From positions 128,001 to 192,000 of the forward strand of contig JBJOKS010000002.1 in the NCBI GenBank assembly GCA_046045965.1: a DNA stretch of 64,000 bases, read 5' to 3'. Shown one piece after another: positions 50,575 through 62,356 of the stretch (position 1 is the first letter of the stretch; each line of letters opens with the position of its first letter). Source of the DNA: Cyanobacteriota bacterium (GTDB lineage Bacteria; Cyanobacteriota; Cyanobacteriia; Cyanobacteriales; Nostocaceae). Position numbers and translations under genes: made by a program. The notes beneath the pieces are model-generated. The model worked only from the letters and a program-made list of their open reading frames with translations, did no database searches and was not told the DNA's origin.

Positions 50575-52413
50575 TTATTTGTTAACTTGCACTTGATTGA
50601 GCAAGGTATCAACTTCATGGGATAATTTGCGGTAGTGGTTGCTGTATTTAGGGTTTTCGCTCCAATCTGATAACACTTCCAATTCTCCTGATAGGAAACT
50701 GGCTTTACAAGCGCGACGTTGAATTTTCCCGCTGGATGTTTTGAGGATATTACCTGGTTTAGCTAAAACTACGGCGTAAACTTGTAGTTCATGAATTTCA
50801 GCGATCGCCTGACGAATATTACTGATGACTTCATCAGATGTAAACTCTTCAGGATTGCGTTTTACTTCCTGCACCACTATCAATCTTTCCACACCTTCTG
50901 ACTCTATAGAGAAGGCTGCACCATAGTCAGGACGCAAACAAGGATGAATTTGTTGTACCGTCCACTCGATATCTTGAGGATAGTGATTTGTACCTCTGAT
51001 AATAATCAAATCTTTGATCCGTCCAGTGATGAACAACTCACCACCACGCATAAAACCTAAGTCACCAGTTCTCAAAAATGGACCCTCTTTAGTATCCGCA
51101 GTATAGGCTCGGAAGGTACTCTCACTTTCTTCTGGACGCTGCCAATATCCACCTGCTACACTCGGATCAGATACCCAAACTTCCCCCACTTCATCAGGAT
51201 GACAAAGTTTCAGAGTATCAGGATCAACTATTGCCACTTTAGTATCACATACCAGTTGTCCACAGCCAGGAATAGCCCGGACACCATCACCCCAACCATC
51301 AGCTTCGACAATTTTGTTTTTCTCTATTTCTGATGTTTTCACCAGACACAATACCGGTGATTTTCCTTTGGGACTGGTGGATACTAATAATGTATCTTCT
51401 GCTAAACCATAAGCTGGTGCAAAGGTTTCCCACTGAAAACCAGCAGGTGCAAATTTTCCATAAAATTCTTCTAATACTCTAGGATTAATTGGTTCTGCTG
51501 CATTTCCCGCTGCTTGCCAACTACTGAGATTCAAACTTGCCACTTGTTCATCGGTAACACGACTCACACACAGTTCATAGGCAAAGTTAGGCGCTTGAGA
51601 GTGAGTACCCCGATAACGCTCAATAGCTTGCAGCCAACGCAGTGGACGTTTAATAAAGGCTAATGGAGAGATGACATAGCAGGGATGACCGTTGTATAGT
51701 GGTTCAGTCATGCCTTCCACCAATCCATAATCATGGAAATAGGGCATCCAAGTAATAGAAACACTATCAGCATCGTAACCACAGGCTTTTTGTAGATAAC
51801 CGCAGTGGTGAATAATATTGTGATGGCTGATCATCACTCCTTTGGGTGTGGAGGTAGAACCAGAGGTATATTGCAAGTACGCCAAACTCTCAGGAGTAAC
51901 TTGGGGATCTTGCCAATTATCTGCTAGGCTTAAATCTACTTTTTCAGTAGCAAACCAAGTCATTTCCCTAAATTCAGGAAAATCTGATTCTTCAGCTTGC
52001 AAAATCTCTAAAAAACTTTGATTAGTTAAGGCAAAGGTCGCATTAGCATCTTTGACTATTGCCCGTAAGCGAGGTAATGCTCGTTTCAACCTACCCGCAT
52101 CAGGGGGTGGTACTGGTATGGCTATTACCCCAGCATACAGACTACCCAAGAAAGCCGCTATGACTTCTAAACCCTGGGGGTAAAGTAACAATGCTCTTTG
52201 TCCTTTGCCATTGTGTTGCTGTAACAAAGCGCCAATAGCACGGGCTTGACGGTCAAGTTCTTGATATGTAAACTTTAAACCCTCTGTTTTCCCATCTATC
52301 AGGAACGTATAGGCGAGTTGATCAGGTTGCTGATCAGCACGCCAGCGTAGTAGTTCGACCAGGGTAGAGAAGTTGCTCATGGGCTGATTTTGGGTAGCTA
52401 GGCTTTGAGTCAT
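50575..52413 (-). CDS. Fatty acyl-AMP ligase (FAAL)
   Basis: LQYTSGSTSTPKG, YGLAE, LRTGDLG, GRIKDLII.RG.N.YPQDIE, KTSSGKIQR. Confidence 0.93.
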   Translation of the reverse strand: MTQSLATQNQPMSNFSTLVELLRWRADQQPDQLAYTFLIDGKTEGLKFTYQELDRQARAIGALLQQHNGKGQRALLLYPQGLEVIAAFLGSLYAGVIAIPVPPPDAGRLKRALPRLRAIVKDANATFALTNQSFLEILQAEESDFPEFREMTWFATEKVDLSLADNWQDPQVTPESLAYLQYTSGSTSTPKGVMISHHNIIHHCGYLQKACGYDADSVSITWMPYFHDYGLVEGMTEPLYNGHPCYVISPLAFIKRPLRWLQAIERYRGTHSQAPNFAYELCVSRVTDEQVASLNLSSWQAAGNAAEPINPRVLEEFYGKFAPAGFQWETFAPAYGLAEDTLLVSTSPKGKSPVLCLVKTSEIEKNKIVEADGWGDGVRAIPGCGQLVCDTKVAIVDPDTLKLCHPDEVGEVWVSDPSVAGGYWQRPEESESTFRAYTADTKEGPFLRTGDLGFMRGGELFITGRIKDLIIIRGTNHYPQDIEWTVQQIHPCLRPDYGAAFSIESEGVERLIVVQEVKRNPEEFTSDEVISNIRQAIAEIHELQVYAVVLAKPGNILKTSSGKIQRRACKASFLSGELEVLSDWSENPKYSNHYRKLSHEVDTLLNQVQVNK

Positions 52414-52817
52414 CGGACGACTACGACAAGATTAGTGTATCTGAAATTAATATATAACACTGTATATTTCTGGGCTGTACGGAGTACAACTCTATGGCTA
52501 TGTGCTTGACATTTTTTTTGTTTTATAGCAATTTATTGTGACATATAAAACCGATTTCTTGTACAGCTTCTTCGGTATTTTTACTAAATTTATAAATTTA
52601 ATCTTGAATATCAAGTAGTTATTTCTGTGGTTATGTTTGGGTATAGCTATGATTTTTCAGGGGTTTTCACCTTTTTGAGATTTTGAATGTGAAAAGATAT
52701 CATAAAGTTTTGATGAAAATTTCTGACTTGGTTAAAAATTATTGCAGGTAATAGGTAATGGGTTATTCTTCCCAGTCCCCAGTCAAGGGTCAAGAGTCCC
52801 CAGTCAAGGGTCCCTAT

Positions 52818-55148
52818 TTATTCCATTCTTTGCAACTGCGCTACTCTGGGGTCAATTATTTTTTGACCCAAACTAGCAAATTTAATCGCTACAGAAATTT
52901 TATTCCCTTCTCCAAAAACGTGTGTAATTTCTCCAATACCAAAGGTTTTATGTAACACCTTTTCGCCTACTTGCCATTTTTGTGTTGTGCTTGTAATATC
53001 AGGTTTTGCAGATGTGGACTTGGTAAAAGTACGAGTAACTTTATGTTTCGTGGTTAACAGTTCTTCTGGTAGTTCGTCGAGAAATTGCGATCGCATTGCT
53101 GGTTCTCTAGAACCATACAAACGTCTTTCTCTAGCATGGGATATAAATAAACGTTCTTTGGCGCGAGTTATTCCTACATAACATAAACGACGTTCTTCTT
53201 CTAAGGATGCCGGATCTTGTAAGGAACGATAACCAGGAAATAGTCCCTGTTCTAACCCGACTAAAAAGACTACCGGAAATTCCAAGCCTTTAGAAGCGTG
53301 CAGAGTCATTAAGGAAACTGCTGTTTGTCCTTCTTTTAAATTATCTAAATCAGAACTTAACGCCGCACTTTGCAAGAATGCTTGTAAGGAAATATCATCT
53401 CCTTGGTTTTCATCCTCAAATTGAGTAATGGCGTTATAAAGTTCTTTAACGTTACTGATTCGATTATCAGCTTCATCTGTTCCTTGTGCCATTAAGTCTT
53501 GAATATAGCCAGAATCTTCTAAAATTCCTTCTAAAATCTCAGAACCGGGAACTTTTGTGGTTTTTTCTTGCCATTTTTCAATAATTTTAGCAAAACTATT
53601 GACAGACTTTGCTGCACGACCAGCTAAGGTATTGACTGAAGTTTCATCACTTAATATTTCCCATAGAGTTGTACCTAATTGTTGAGAAGCATTCATTAAA
53701 GCATCCACAGTCGATTTACCAATTCCTCGACGGGGAGTGTTAATAACTCTTAATAAACTGACAGTATCAGCGGGATTATTAATTGCTCTTAAATAAGCGA
53801 CAGCATCTTTAATTTCTTTGCGGTCATAAAATTTCATTCCTCCTACAACTGTATAAGGAATTTGATATTTTACGAGCAATTCTTCAAAGGGTCGAGATTG
53901 AGCGTTTGTACGATAAAGAATAGCAAAGTTACCCCAATTTATGTCTGGGTTTTGATTTTCTAAAGTGCGAATTTGATTAATTACAAAATCGGCTTCTGCT
54001 ATTTCATCATCGGCTTTATAACAGTATATTGCTTCCCCTGGATCTCTTGTTGCTCTGAGAATTTTATCAATGCGTTGGGTGTTATTTTCAATTAGTTCAT
54101 TTGCAGCTTGAAGAATGTTTTCACAAGAGCGATAGTTTTCTTCTAATTTTACCATTGTTCTGGTATCATCATCTTCTAAACCATCACCAAAATTTTCTTG
54201 AAATTCTAGTAAGATGGTAAAATCTGCCATTCTAAAACTATAAATTGATTGGTCTGCATCACCCACCACAAACACAGAGCGATTTTCCCAATTCCATTCA
54301 CTTTTACGATTTTCACCATTGGTAACTAAAAGCTGAATGAGATCATATTGAGTGCGGTTTGTGTCTTGATATTCATCTACTAAAATATGACAAAATTTCC
54401 GATGCCAATAACCTAAAACTTGCTCATTTTGCTGAAATAATCGAGTAGGTATGAGAATTAAATCATCAAAATCTAAAGCGTTGTTTTGTGCTAATCTATC
54501 TTGATAAAGATTGTAAACATCAGCAATTACCCGACCGCGATAATTAGGTTGTTCCCGTTCAAATTCTTGGGGTGATAAACCTTGGTTTTTAGCATTGCTG
54601 ATAGCGTAACGCACAGATTTATGTTCAAATTTTTTACTATCTAAATTCAGTTCTTTTGTAACTATTTCTTTGATTAAACTTTGAACATCAGATTCATCGA
54701 AAATAGAAAAGTTTTTATTCCAACGTCGTCCTTTTTCATCTTGATATTTTTCAATGTCATAGCGAAGAATGCGAGAAAATAAACTGTGGAAAGTTCCACA
54801 CCACATATTTTTGATGATAGTGCGGTAAACCTTTGATTTTAACTGAGTTTGTTCGTATTCTGGTAATAAATCCAACTTTTGACCGTGTTGAGTAATTGCT
54901 AATTGTTCAGCAAATAACCTTTGTATTCGGTCTTTCATTTCCCGTGCAGCTTTATTAGTAAATGTCACCGCTAAAATATTTTCCGGGTTAACACGGTTTT
55001 GCAGAATTAAATTAGCAATACGGTAAGTCAGCGCACGGGTTTTACCGGAACCAGCACCAGCTACCACTAATAATGGTCCACAGTAGTGTTCGACTGCTTG
55101 ACGTTGACTGGGGTTGAGATGGTTAAGGAAATCAATATTTGTGGTCAT
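52818..55148 (-). CDS. pcrA: ATP-dependent DNA helicase PcrA/UvrD
   Basis: AGAGSGKT, TFTNKAA, DEYQD, VGDADQSIY, HASKGLEF, YVGITRA and a C-terminal Tudor-like domain. Confidence 0.96.
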   Translation of the reverse strand: MTTNIDFLNHLNPSQRQAVEHYCGPLLVVAGAGSGKTRALTYRIANLILQNRVNPENILAVTFTNKAAREMKDRIQRLFAEQLAITQHGQKLDLLPEYEQTQLKSKVYRTIIKNMWCGTFHSLFSRILRYDIEKYQDEKGRRWNKNFSIFDESDVQSLIKEIVTKELNLDSKKFEHKSVRYAISNAKNQGLSPQEFEREQPNYRGRVIADVYNLYQDRLAQNNALDFDDLILIPTRLFQQNEQVLGYWHRKFCHILVDEYQDTNRTQYDLIQLLVTNGENRKSEWNWENRSVFVVGDADQSIYSFRMADFTILLEFQENFGDGLEDDDTRTMVKLEENYRSCENILQAANELIENNTQRIDKILRATRDPGEAIYCYKADDEIAEADFVINQIRTLENQNPDINWGNFAILYRTNAQSRPFEELLVKYQIPYTVVGGMKFYDRKEIKDAVAYLRAINNPADTVSLLRVINTPRRGIGKSTVDALMNASQQLGTTLWEILSDETSVNTLAGRAAKSVNSFAKIIEKWQEKTTKVPGSEILEGILEDSGYIQDLMAQGTDEADNRISNVKELYNAITQFEDENQGDDISLQAFLQSAALSSDLDNLKEGQTAVSLMTLHASKGLEFPVVFLVGLEQGLFPGYRSLQDPASLEEERRLCYVGITRAKERLFISHARERRLYGSREPAMRSQFLDELPEELLTTKHKVTRTFTKSTSAKPDITSTTQKWQVGEKVLHKTFGIGEITHVFGEGNKISVAIKFASLGQKIIDPRVAQLQRME

Positions 55149-55271
55149 GGGTATGTGAAAGAGCGATCGCCTGGTATTACATCCACCAATTGTAACGATT
55201 GCTTGGGTGAGATGAACTGAACATAATTCAGTATTGATATATTCAACCAAATTTTGCTCACCAGATACCTG

Positions 55272-56420
55272 TTATTTGTTGGATTTAAAATATATACCTT
55301 CTACAAATTTAACCATCTTGGGGTTATTGGACTGCCACCTAATTCTATCAGTACGAATAGTAGCTTGATGGCTTTCAATAGTGTCTGGTGTTAACAACAC
55401 CCCAAAATTCAAAGGCACAGTTTCCAGTTGGGACTGAAAAATTCTGTTTAAAATCAAATCTGCAACTCTATACTGGTAATGAGCGCCATCTACATAATTT
55501 TTCATTTCATTGGTGACATTTTCCGTATTCACACTCGTGTAACCAGTAAAATCCCATACTGGGGTAATTTTTACAACTTCACGCTGCCACTGTTCGTATT
55601 TTGGCCATAAGCCAGCTATATGTATACCCTCCATCTGTACAGCGTGTGTTGGTGAAAAAAATACTTTCACATCTATATTTTTTTGCTTGCAAATTTCAAG
55701 AATTTTTTGAAAATCATTAAGGCGAGCAGGGGAAAGTTGGTAGTTTTTATATCGATCTTCTTTCTGAAAATAACTTTTTAAAACTGCTTGGAATTGCAGT
55801 AACATTTGTTCAGATTTATTGTTATTTTCACCTTGAATATTTGTGAAATCTATTGAGTTTGCATCTTCCGATTTTGATGGTAAATTGGCCGTTAGTGTAG
55901 TCCAACTTGATTGGAATGCACTGAAAGAAAAAATAGCATTTAAAGCATCCTGCAAAACAAGATATTTTTTTTGTAACCTTTCTGCTACAAAATCTGGAGA
56001 TGTTTGGACTCCAATACCAAATGAGAAAAAGTCCAAGCCAATTACGACTTTTTTTAAATCTGGTTGATTAAACAATGCGTGTTGAAAGTACAGCAATTGT
56101 TCTTGTGTTCCAGAACCAGGTAAAGCTAAGTTATATACTGGTTGACTATTGGCAAAAACTGGATGATTAGTAGATAACCTTAATGCAGTAGATGAGCCTA
56201 ATAAAATAGTTTTCGGTTTAATGCGAGTTACTTCAATTGCTTTTATCAGTCTGGTGTTATTCTTACTAACAGGCTTTTCTTGATTGACACCTTTAATTTT
56301 ACTAATACTAAATAGTTCATAGGGATCTATCAATAAATTGAATAACCCAAAAGTCAATAGACTGGAAGAAACTAGGGAAAAAAAGACTAAATTAAAATGT
56401 TTATAGGTTTTGATATTCAT
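55272..56420 (-). CDS. SGNH-like periplasmic partner of an MBOAT
   Basis: N-terminal TM with DPY, LLGSS, YNLA, DGAH (DxxH). Confidence 0.7.
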   Translation of the reverse strand: MNIKTYKHFNLVFFSLVSSSLLTFGLFNLLIDPYELFSISKIKGVNQEKPVSKNNTRLIKAIEVTRIKPKTILLGSSTALRLSTNHPVFANSQPVYNLALPGSGTQEQLLYFQHALFNQPDLKKVVIGLDFFSFGIGVQTSPDFVAERLQKKYLVLQDALNAIFSFSAFQSSWTTLTANLPSKSEDANSIDFTNIQGENNNKSEQMLLQFQAVLKSYFQKEDRYKNYQLSPARLNDFQKILEICKQKNIDVKVFFSPTHAVQMEGIHIAGLWPKYEQWQREVVKITPVWDFTGYTSVNTENVTNEMKNYVDGAHYQYRVADLILNRIFQSQLETVPLNFGVLLTPDTIESHQATIRTDRIRWQSNNPKMVKFVEGIYFKSNK

Positions 56421-56426
56421 GCTGAT

Positions 56427-57881
56427 TTAGAACTGGAAGTAAAGAAATTCAGATATTTGATTAAGTGACAAAAAGCAATATATAGCAATAAATGATACGC
56501 CCAAAGTCCACCACAAATTAGGTTTAAATCTATCCATAATCTCTTGAGTATTTGGCAATAGGACAACCCATATTATGAGTCCAAAAATAAAAATAAGTGT
56601 CTCTTTACCTGGTAAATAAGGATAACTACGCTGAAATCTAACGCCAAAGGCCGTCAGCCATTGCCAGCTAGACTGGTATCCTTCTGTTAATACCAAACCC
56701 TTCATTCCTGCCATTGTCCGTAATAATTCTACAGCATCAGTAATATTTTGAGCGCGAAATAGTACCCAGCCAATGATGACAGCGATAAATGTTATTAACC
56801 AAGCAAAGAACTTTGGCAGGGGCTTACCAAATTTACGCCAACCATGATTAATACAAAGATATAATCCATGTAGTCCACCCCAAGCTATGAAAGTCCAACC
56901 AGCACCATGCCATAAACCACCGATTAACATTGTAATGAAAAGATTGATATAACGTCTTACTTGCCCATGACGATTACCACCTAATGGAATATAAAGATAG
57001 TCCCGTAGAAAATTAGAAAGAGTAATATGCCAGCGTCGCCAAAAATCAATTATTGAAGTTGCTTTATAGGGTGAGTTAAAGTTAATAGGTAGTCGAAGAT
57101 TAAACATGAAACCTAAGCCAACTACCATATCAGAATAACCAGAAAAATCAAAGTATAATTGCAATGTATAACTTAATGCTCCAACCCAAACTTCTAGAAA
57201 ACTTGCTGTACTAGCATGAGTAAAAACGGGGTTGACAAAACGAGCAACGTGATCAGCAATAACTAATTTTTTAAACAGCCCAAGTATAAACCATGTGATA
57301 CCAATGGATATATTTTTATGAGAAAAGAATAAATTTCTCATTTTCTGAAACTGGGGAATTATGTCAATATGGTTAACAATTGGACCTGAAATTATATAGG
57401 GAAAAAATGTAACAAATAAACTATAATCAATAAAATTATAATTTTTATTTCTACCACGGTAAACATCTACTAAATATGCAGTTTGAGTAAATGTGTAAAA
57501 AGAAATTCCCAAAGGAAAAATAATTGTGGGAATACTCCAATTTATACTAATTACCTGATCAATAATATTAATGAAAAAGTTAGCATACTTATAATATCCT
57601 AATATGACTAAGTTAAACCAAACTCCCAAAACCAGAAAAATTTTGGCTCTTTTACTACCTAATATTGACTTACTTATTAATTTGCTAAATTGATAATTAA
57701 TTAAAATAGAGAGTAGTAATAAGGGAAGATAAACAAGACTCCAAAAACTATAAAAAACTAAAGAAGCTATCAATAAAAAAAATCGAGATAACTTAGTTAA
57801 ACGCCATGTATTTATAGCGAAAAACCCTAGTATTGTGATTGGCAAAAAACAAAAAATAAATGGGTATGAATTAAATAACAT
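56427..57881 (-). CDS. MBOAT O-acyltransferase (AlgI-like)
   Basis: MLFNS, PLGISFYTF, YFDFSGYSD, FWRRWHITLS, GLWHG, C-terminal FLYFQF. Confidence 0.95.
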   Translation of the reverse strand: MLFNSYPFIFCFLPITILGFFAINTWRLTKLSRFFLLIASLVFYSFWSLVYLPLLLLSILINYQFSKLISKSILGSKRAKIFLVLGVWFNLVILGYYKYANFFINIIDQVISINWSIPTIIFPLGISFYTFTQTAYLVDVYRGRNKNYNFIDYSLFVTFFPYIISGPIVNHIDIIPQFQKMRNLFFSHKNISIGITWFILGLFKKLVIADHVARFVNPVFTHASTASFLEVWVGALSYTLQLYFDFSGYSDMVVGLGFMFNLRLPINFNSPYKATSIIDFWRRWHITLSNFLRDYLYIPLGGNRHGQVRRYINLFITMLIGGLWHGAGWTFIAWGGLHGLYLCINHGWRKFGKPLPKFFAWLITFIAVIIGWVLFRAQNITDAVELLRTMAGMKGLVLTEGYQSSWQWLTAFGVRFQRSYPYLPGKETLIFIFGLIIWVVLLPNTQEIMDRFKPNLWWTLGVSFIAIYCFLSLNQISEFLYFQF

Positions 57882-58110
57882 CGTTACTTTTTTAATATAT
57901 TTTGCTGTAGTTAGTCATGGATTTGCAAATCCAATATTTTGTTTTTAGTGAAAATTATTTGTTGTTGATTCGGATTTTTTTAAATCTAAAGTAGATTCTT
58001 TATTTTTATTAAAATCATCAAAAAATATATTATTCTGTTTTTTATATAAATGTTATTTTTTTTACAAAAATTTACATATTTTGTTTATTCCTGCACCGTC
58101 ACTTTAATTT

Positions 58111-58773
58111 ATGTTGAATTGGAAAACTGGTTTTGCCTTACTGATGGCTGTATGTTTGATAGCCACTGGAATAGTAGGATATTTGCTAGGGGGAATTGAT
58201 CCAAATCAAATTCAGTCCTGGTTAAAAGCAGCGGGAATATGGGCTCCTGTTACTTATATATTAATCTATGTGGTAGCAACAATTTTGATTTTGCCTTCAA
58301 CAGCATTAAATCTGACTGGGGGGGCAATTTTTGGAGTTTGGATGGGGACATTTTGGACAAGTATCGGAGCAATTATAGCGGCGATCGCTGCCTTTTTCTT
58401 TGCCCGCACCATAGGACGTGAAGTGGTTTCTGTGCGACTAGCAGGACGTTGGCAAGCTATAGATGCCGAAGTGCAACAAGGTGCTATTTTTTATATGTTC
58501 GCCATTCGTTTGATGCCAATTTTGCCCTATGGGTTGGTAAATTTTGCAGCAGGGTTGACATCAATCAGTTTTAAAGATTACCTAATTGGCACTACATTGG
58601 GAACAGTACCAGGAATTTTACCATTTGTGATGTTGGGTAGTTCTGGTTTAAAGGCTATCCGTACCGGTGATGTTTTGCCATTAGTTACTGCTTTGGCATT
58701 AATTGGAATGCTCGTTGGTGGTTCTACTTGGTATCGTCGTCGTCGCTCTTTTCCATCTCGTAAAAAACCTTAA
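58111..58773 (+). CDS. TVP38/TMEM64 (DedA/VTT) family membrane protein
   Basis: LP...L...GG.IFG...[17 protein letters not shown]. Confidence 0.9.
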   Translation: MLNWKTGFALLMAVCLIATGIVGYLLGGIDPNQIQSWLKAAGIWAPVTYILIYVVATILILPSTALNLTGGAIFGVWMGTFWTSIGAIIAAIAAFFFARTIGREVVSVRLAGRWQAIDAEVQQGAIFYMFAIRLMPILPYGLVNFAAGLTSISFKDYLIGTTLGTVPGILPFVMLGSSGLKAIRTGDVLPLVTALALIGMLVGGSTWYRRRRSFPSRKKP

Positions 58774-58787
58774 TATATAGCTCAAAT

Positions 58788-59768
58788 ATGCTACCTAAAT
58801 ATTCTTTTCTTGTCCCGATCTACAACGAAGAAGAAACAATTTATGAAATGTATCGCCGTATTTCTCTGGTGATGAATCAGATGGATGGTTCAGTAGAATT
58901 GTGTTTGATTAATGATGGTAGTCGCGATCGCTCTTTACAAATGATACGCGAATTACACCAAAAAGATCCCCGTGTAGTTTACTTGAGTCTGGCACGGAAT
59001 TTTGGCCATCAAATTGCTGTTACAGCAGGGTTAAATTTTGTTCGTGGACAAATAGTTGTGATTTTAGATGCTGATTTACAAGATCCACCAGAATTAATTC
59101 CAGAAATGGTGGAACTCTGGAAACAAGGATATCAAATTGTTTACGCTCAACGAACAAAACGCCGTCAAGAAGGTTTATTTAAACGTTTTACAGCTTATGC
59201 TTTTTATCGGATCTTGAAAAATCTCGCAGACGTTGATATTCCTACCGACACTGGAGATTTTTGTCTATTAGATCGCAAAGTTGTTGATGTACTCAATGCT
59301 ATGCCAGAAAGAAACCGCTACATTCGAGGGTTACGCTCATGGGTTGGTTTTAATCAAACCGCCATCAGATTTGAAAGAGATCCTCGTTTTGCGGGTGATG
59401 TTAAATACACCTTTAACAAATCTTTTGCATTGGCAATTAACGGACTAGTTTCTTTTTCCAAAGTACCGCTAAGGCTCTCAACCTATTTAGGATTGTTAGC
59501 TGCTATAGTTTCATTATTTATGTCTCTGCTGGTTTTGTACTGGCGACTTTTTACCCCCCATTCTCCCCTCACAGGCATTACTATAATTTTGATGATTGTC
59601 TTCTTTTTGGGAGCAGTACAACTAGTGAGTATTGGCATTTTGGGTGAGTATATCGGGCGTATTTATGAAGAGGTGAAACAAAGACCTCTTTATACACTAT
59701 CAGAAGTGGCAGGTTTTAATGAACAGTATCAGCAGGATACTCAAAAACGAGCGACACTTGCAGAATAG
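58788..59768 (+). CDS. GT2 polyprenol-phosphate glycosyltransferase (GtrB-like)
   Basis: [25 protein letters not shown], two C-terminal TMs, [13 protein letters not shown]. Confidence 0.92.
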   Translation: MLPKYSFLVPIYNEEETIYEMYRRISLVMNQMDGSVELCLINDGSRDRSLQMIRELHQKDPRVVYLSLARNFGHQIAVTAGLNFVRGQIVVILDADLQDPPELIPEMVELWKQGYQIVYAQRTKRRQEGLFKRFTAYAFYRILKNLADVDIPTDTGDFCLLDRKVVDVLNAMPERNRYIRGLRSWVGFNQTAIRFERDPRFAGDVKYTFNKSFALAINGLVSFSKVPLRLSTYLGLLAAIVSLFMSLLVLYWRLFTPHSPLTGITIILMIVFFLGAVQLVSIGILGEYIGRIYEEVKQRPLYTLSEVAGFNEQYQQDTQKRATLAE

Positions 59769-59782
59769 GCTCTCAAACCAGC

Positions 59783-61471
59783 TTACTTCTTCACCGTCAA
59801 AGGTAAATTTACTCTAAAAGTAGAACCAGCACCAAGCTGACTTTTGACAATAATCTCACCTCCCAACATTTTGCAAAAATGACTGCTAATAGCTAATCCT
59901 AAGCCAGTACCACCATATTTCTTAGTAGTTGAATTATCGCCTTGTGTAAAGGGTTGAAACAGCTGCTGCTGTTGACTGGGTGACATTCCAATACCTGTAT
60001 CAGTGACAGTAAAGCTCATCATACCTAAAGGAGCTTCCTTAAGTAAGTTTGTTTTCTCATGCTTAACAGTCAAAGTCACTTTGCCGTTGGTTGTAAATTT
60101 AGCAGAATTGCTGAGTAAGTTTAATAATACTTGTCGCATCCTCATTTGGTCAGCATACATTGTCCCCAGATTCTCATCACATTCCACTACTAAAGTATTG
60201 CCATTCTTTTCCATAGCTGGTTTAACTGTGAGAACAATATTATTAATTAAATTTGTGATATCAAATGTTTCTGGGTAGAGAGTCATTTTTCCGGCTTCAA
60301 TTTTGGACAAATCGAGGATATCGTTAATGAGTTCTAGTAAATGTCTACCAGCCGAATTGATAGTTTCTAAATCTGTAACAAATTCTGGGGTTGCACCAAT
60401 ATCAGCAGCATCATCTTTCAACAGTTGACTTAAACCAATGACTGCATTTAACGGTGTACGTAACTCGTGACTGACATTAGCCAGAAATTGGCTTTTTGCC
60501 TTACTAGCAGCCTCAGCTAATTCTTTCGCTTGTTGTAGTTGTTTAGTTCGTTCAGATACTCTTTCAATCAAGCGATTGAGAGATTTAGCCAGCAAGCCAA
60601 TTTCATCATCAGTGGTGATGGGAGCGCGTAAATCAAAATTAGATTTTTTTGCCACCTGTTCAGCTACTTGAGTTACAGTAATTACAGGTTCAGCGATCGC
60701 TCGACTGGTACGCCAAGCCATCACAGAAGCAATAACTGCCGATACCAGCATACTGACTATGACAATTGCTCTTTCCACAAATCTCGCTTGCTCTACATCG
60801 CTTCGTCTTTCCTGCTCTTGTTGTTGAGCAGTTCGTAAAATTCTAGTCAAATTATCTGATAACTTATCTAGCTCCTCGACTGTGTGACTATTCATAATTG
60901 TCAGCAACTGCTCTCGTACTAAGTCCACTTGTTCTGGCTGCACGCTTTTGGTATCAAGTTGCTGCAAAATAGTTTCTATCTGGTCAATATAGGTTTTTAG
61001 GCTAGTAGAGTAATCGAATAATAAGGTTTGTAAAGTGCTGCTGTTGGCCGCTAATGTCTGTGGGTTACTGTTTATATATTCATAAATTTTTTGTTCTAAT
61101 TTTTGAGCTTCGTCAAACGAATTGAGTAATTCAGATTTTTTCTTGTCTAGCCTTTGTGCATTATCCAACACAGCAACTAAGTTTGCAGCTCGGAATTGTG
61201 CCTCAATTACGGCATCTTTATAATTGTTGAGTAATTCTCCTTGCTGGTTTGCTTGATAGAATTGCCGAACTTCTCTTCCTCGATAGTAGTTGGCCAGCAC
61301 CAACCCAGTCAGGGAACCAAAAAAGCCAATTCCAATAGCTACAAAGTAACCATAGCCAATCTTTTGATGGATACGCCATGAACTAGCCTTAAGTTTCCCA
61401 CGGGAGGGAAATTCTATAGTTGGGAGTTCATCTATTTTTGGCTCTTGAGTTGACACTTTCTTGCTTTCCAA
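59783..61471 (-). CDS. HAMP-domain sensor histidine kinase
   Basis: Two TMs, [33 protein letters not shown]. Start codon uncertain. Confidence 0.95.
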   Translation of the reverse strand: MESKKVSTQEPKIDELPTIEFPSRGKLKASSWRIHQKIGYGYFVAIGIGFFGSLTGLVLANYYRGREVRQFYQANQQGELLNNYKDAVIEAQFRAANLVAVLDNAQRLDKKKSELLNSFDEAQKLEQKIYEYINSNPQTLAANSSTLQTLLFDYSTSLKTYIDQIETILQQLDTKSVQPEQVDLVREQLLTIMNSHTVEELDKLSDNLTRILRTAQQQEQERRSDVEQARFVERAIVIVSMLVSAVIASVMAWRTSRAIAEPVITVTQVAEQVAKKSNFDLRAPITTDDEIGLLAKSLNRLIERVSERTKQLQQAKELAEAASKAKSQFLANVSHELRTPLNAVIGLSQLLKDDAADIGATPEFVTDLETINSAGRHLLELINDILDLSKIEAGKMTLYPETFDITNLINNIVLTVKPAMEKNGNTLVVECDENLGTMYADQMRMRQVLLNLLSNSAKFTTNGKVTLTVKHEKTNLLKEAPLGMMSFTVTDTGIGMSPSQQQQLFQPFTQGDNSTTKKYGGTGLGLAISSHFCKMLGGEIIVKSQLGAGSTFRVNLPLTVKK

Positions 61472-61935
61472 ACTTTTGTCAACAAAGGTGGGTTTTGGAT
61501 CTGGCAGATCGGCAATTTATTCAAGCTCCCACAAATATTACCAACTAAGTCTAGCCTTTATAATCACTCATAATGTGATTAAATTGGAATTTATCTTTTT
61601 TGATAACAGGAGTAAATCATTCTTTCCGAGATAATAACATGGACTTATATTGATTAGTAAGGGAACTGATTTTTTTCAACCATCACATAGGAGTCCTACA
61701 GAAAGAAAAACAAGTAATTATATCATTAAATATAATCAATGTCCAGTCTATATGAACAGACAAAAGCAATTGTTACATATTAGTATCAATAATCAATAAG
61801 TTAATTGACGAATGCGGCTGAAGATAGCTTTAATATCAGATAAAATCAGCCTTTAGCCTTGTATCAATGACAGGTGTAGTGATTTGCCTGATTTGTACTG
61901 TAACAAGTACGATCTTAAGCAAATAACTTGAAGAA

Positions 61936-62106
61936 GGAGTCAGGAGTCAGTAGCCAGGAGTCAGAATCAATCAGTCGAGGATTGGGACCTGGGACTGATT
62001 AAAGACCACCAAATCGCAGATTTGGTGGGGGTCTGAAACCCGGTTATTCATCCGCCGCTCGCACAGAATACCCAACTGAATTCTGACTCCTGACTCCTGA
62101 ATTCTG
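61936..62106. mobile_element. MITE-like structured repeat with inverted (GGAGTCA)n ends
   Basis: Terminal GGAGTCAG.../...CTGACTCC; internal hairpins AATCAGTC/GACTGATT and CCACCAAATC/GATTTGGTGG. Confidence 0.55.
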
Positions 62107-62356
62107 TTCGATAACATAGGATAATCACAAGCTCTTGGTCAAATCATTGGTGAATTTCAGAAACTTCTCGAAAATATCATCAACTGACTTTCTATCTTAT
62201 AGTTGATGCAGTAGAGGTAAGGCAGTAATTATGTTTATAGGAAATTCAAAACCCTTTTAAACCTAATTGTGCTGTTCCAGGATTCTATTGCCTACTCAAC
62301 AGCCTTGTGGTCATAATTGTGCAGATTAGGAAAACTCGACTGTCAAAATTATAGGA

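Noticed and set aside
48395..52413. PKS/NRPS, olefin (Ols) or heterocyst glycolipid cluster
   Set aside because: No KS, AT, C, ST or TE domains nearby; the downstream enzyme is an MBOAT.
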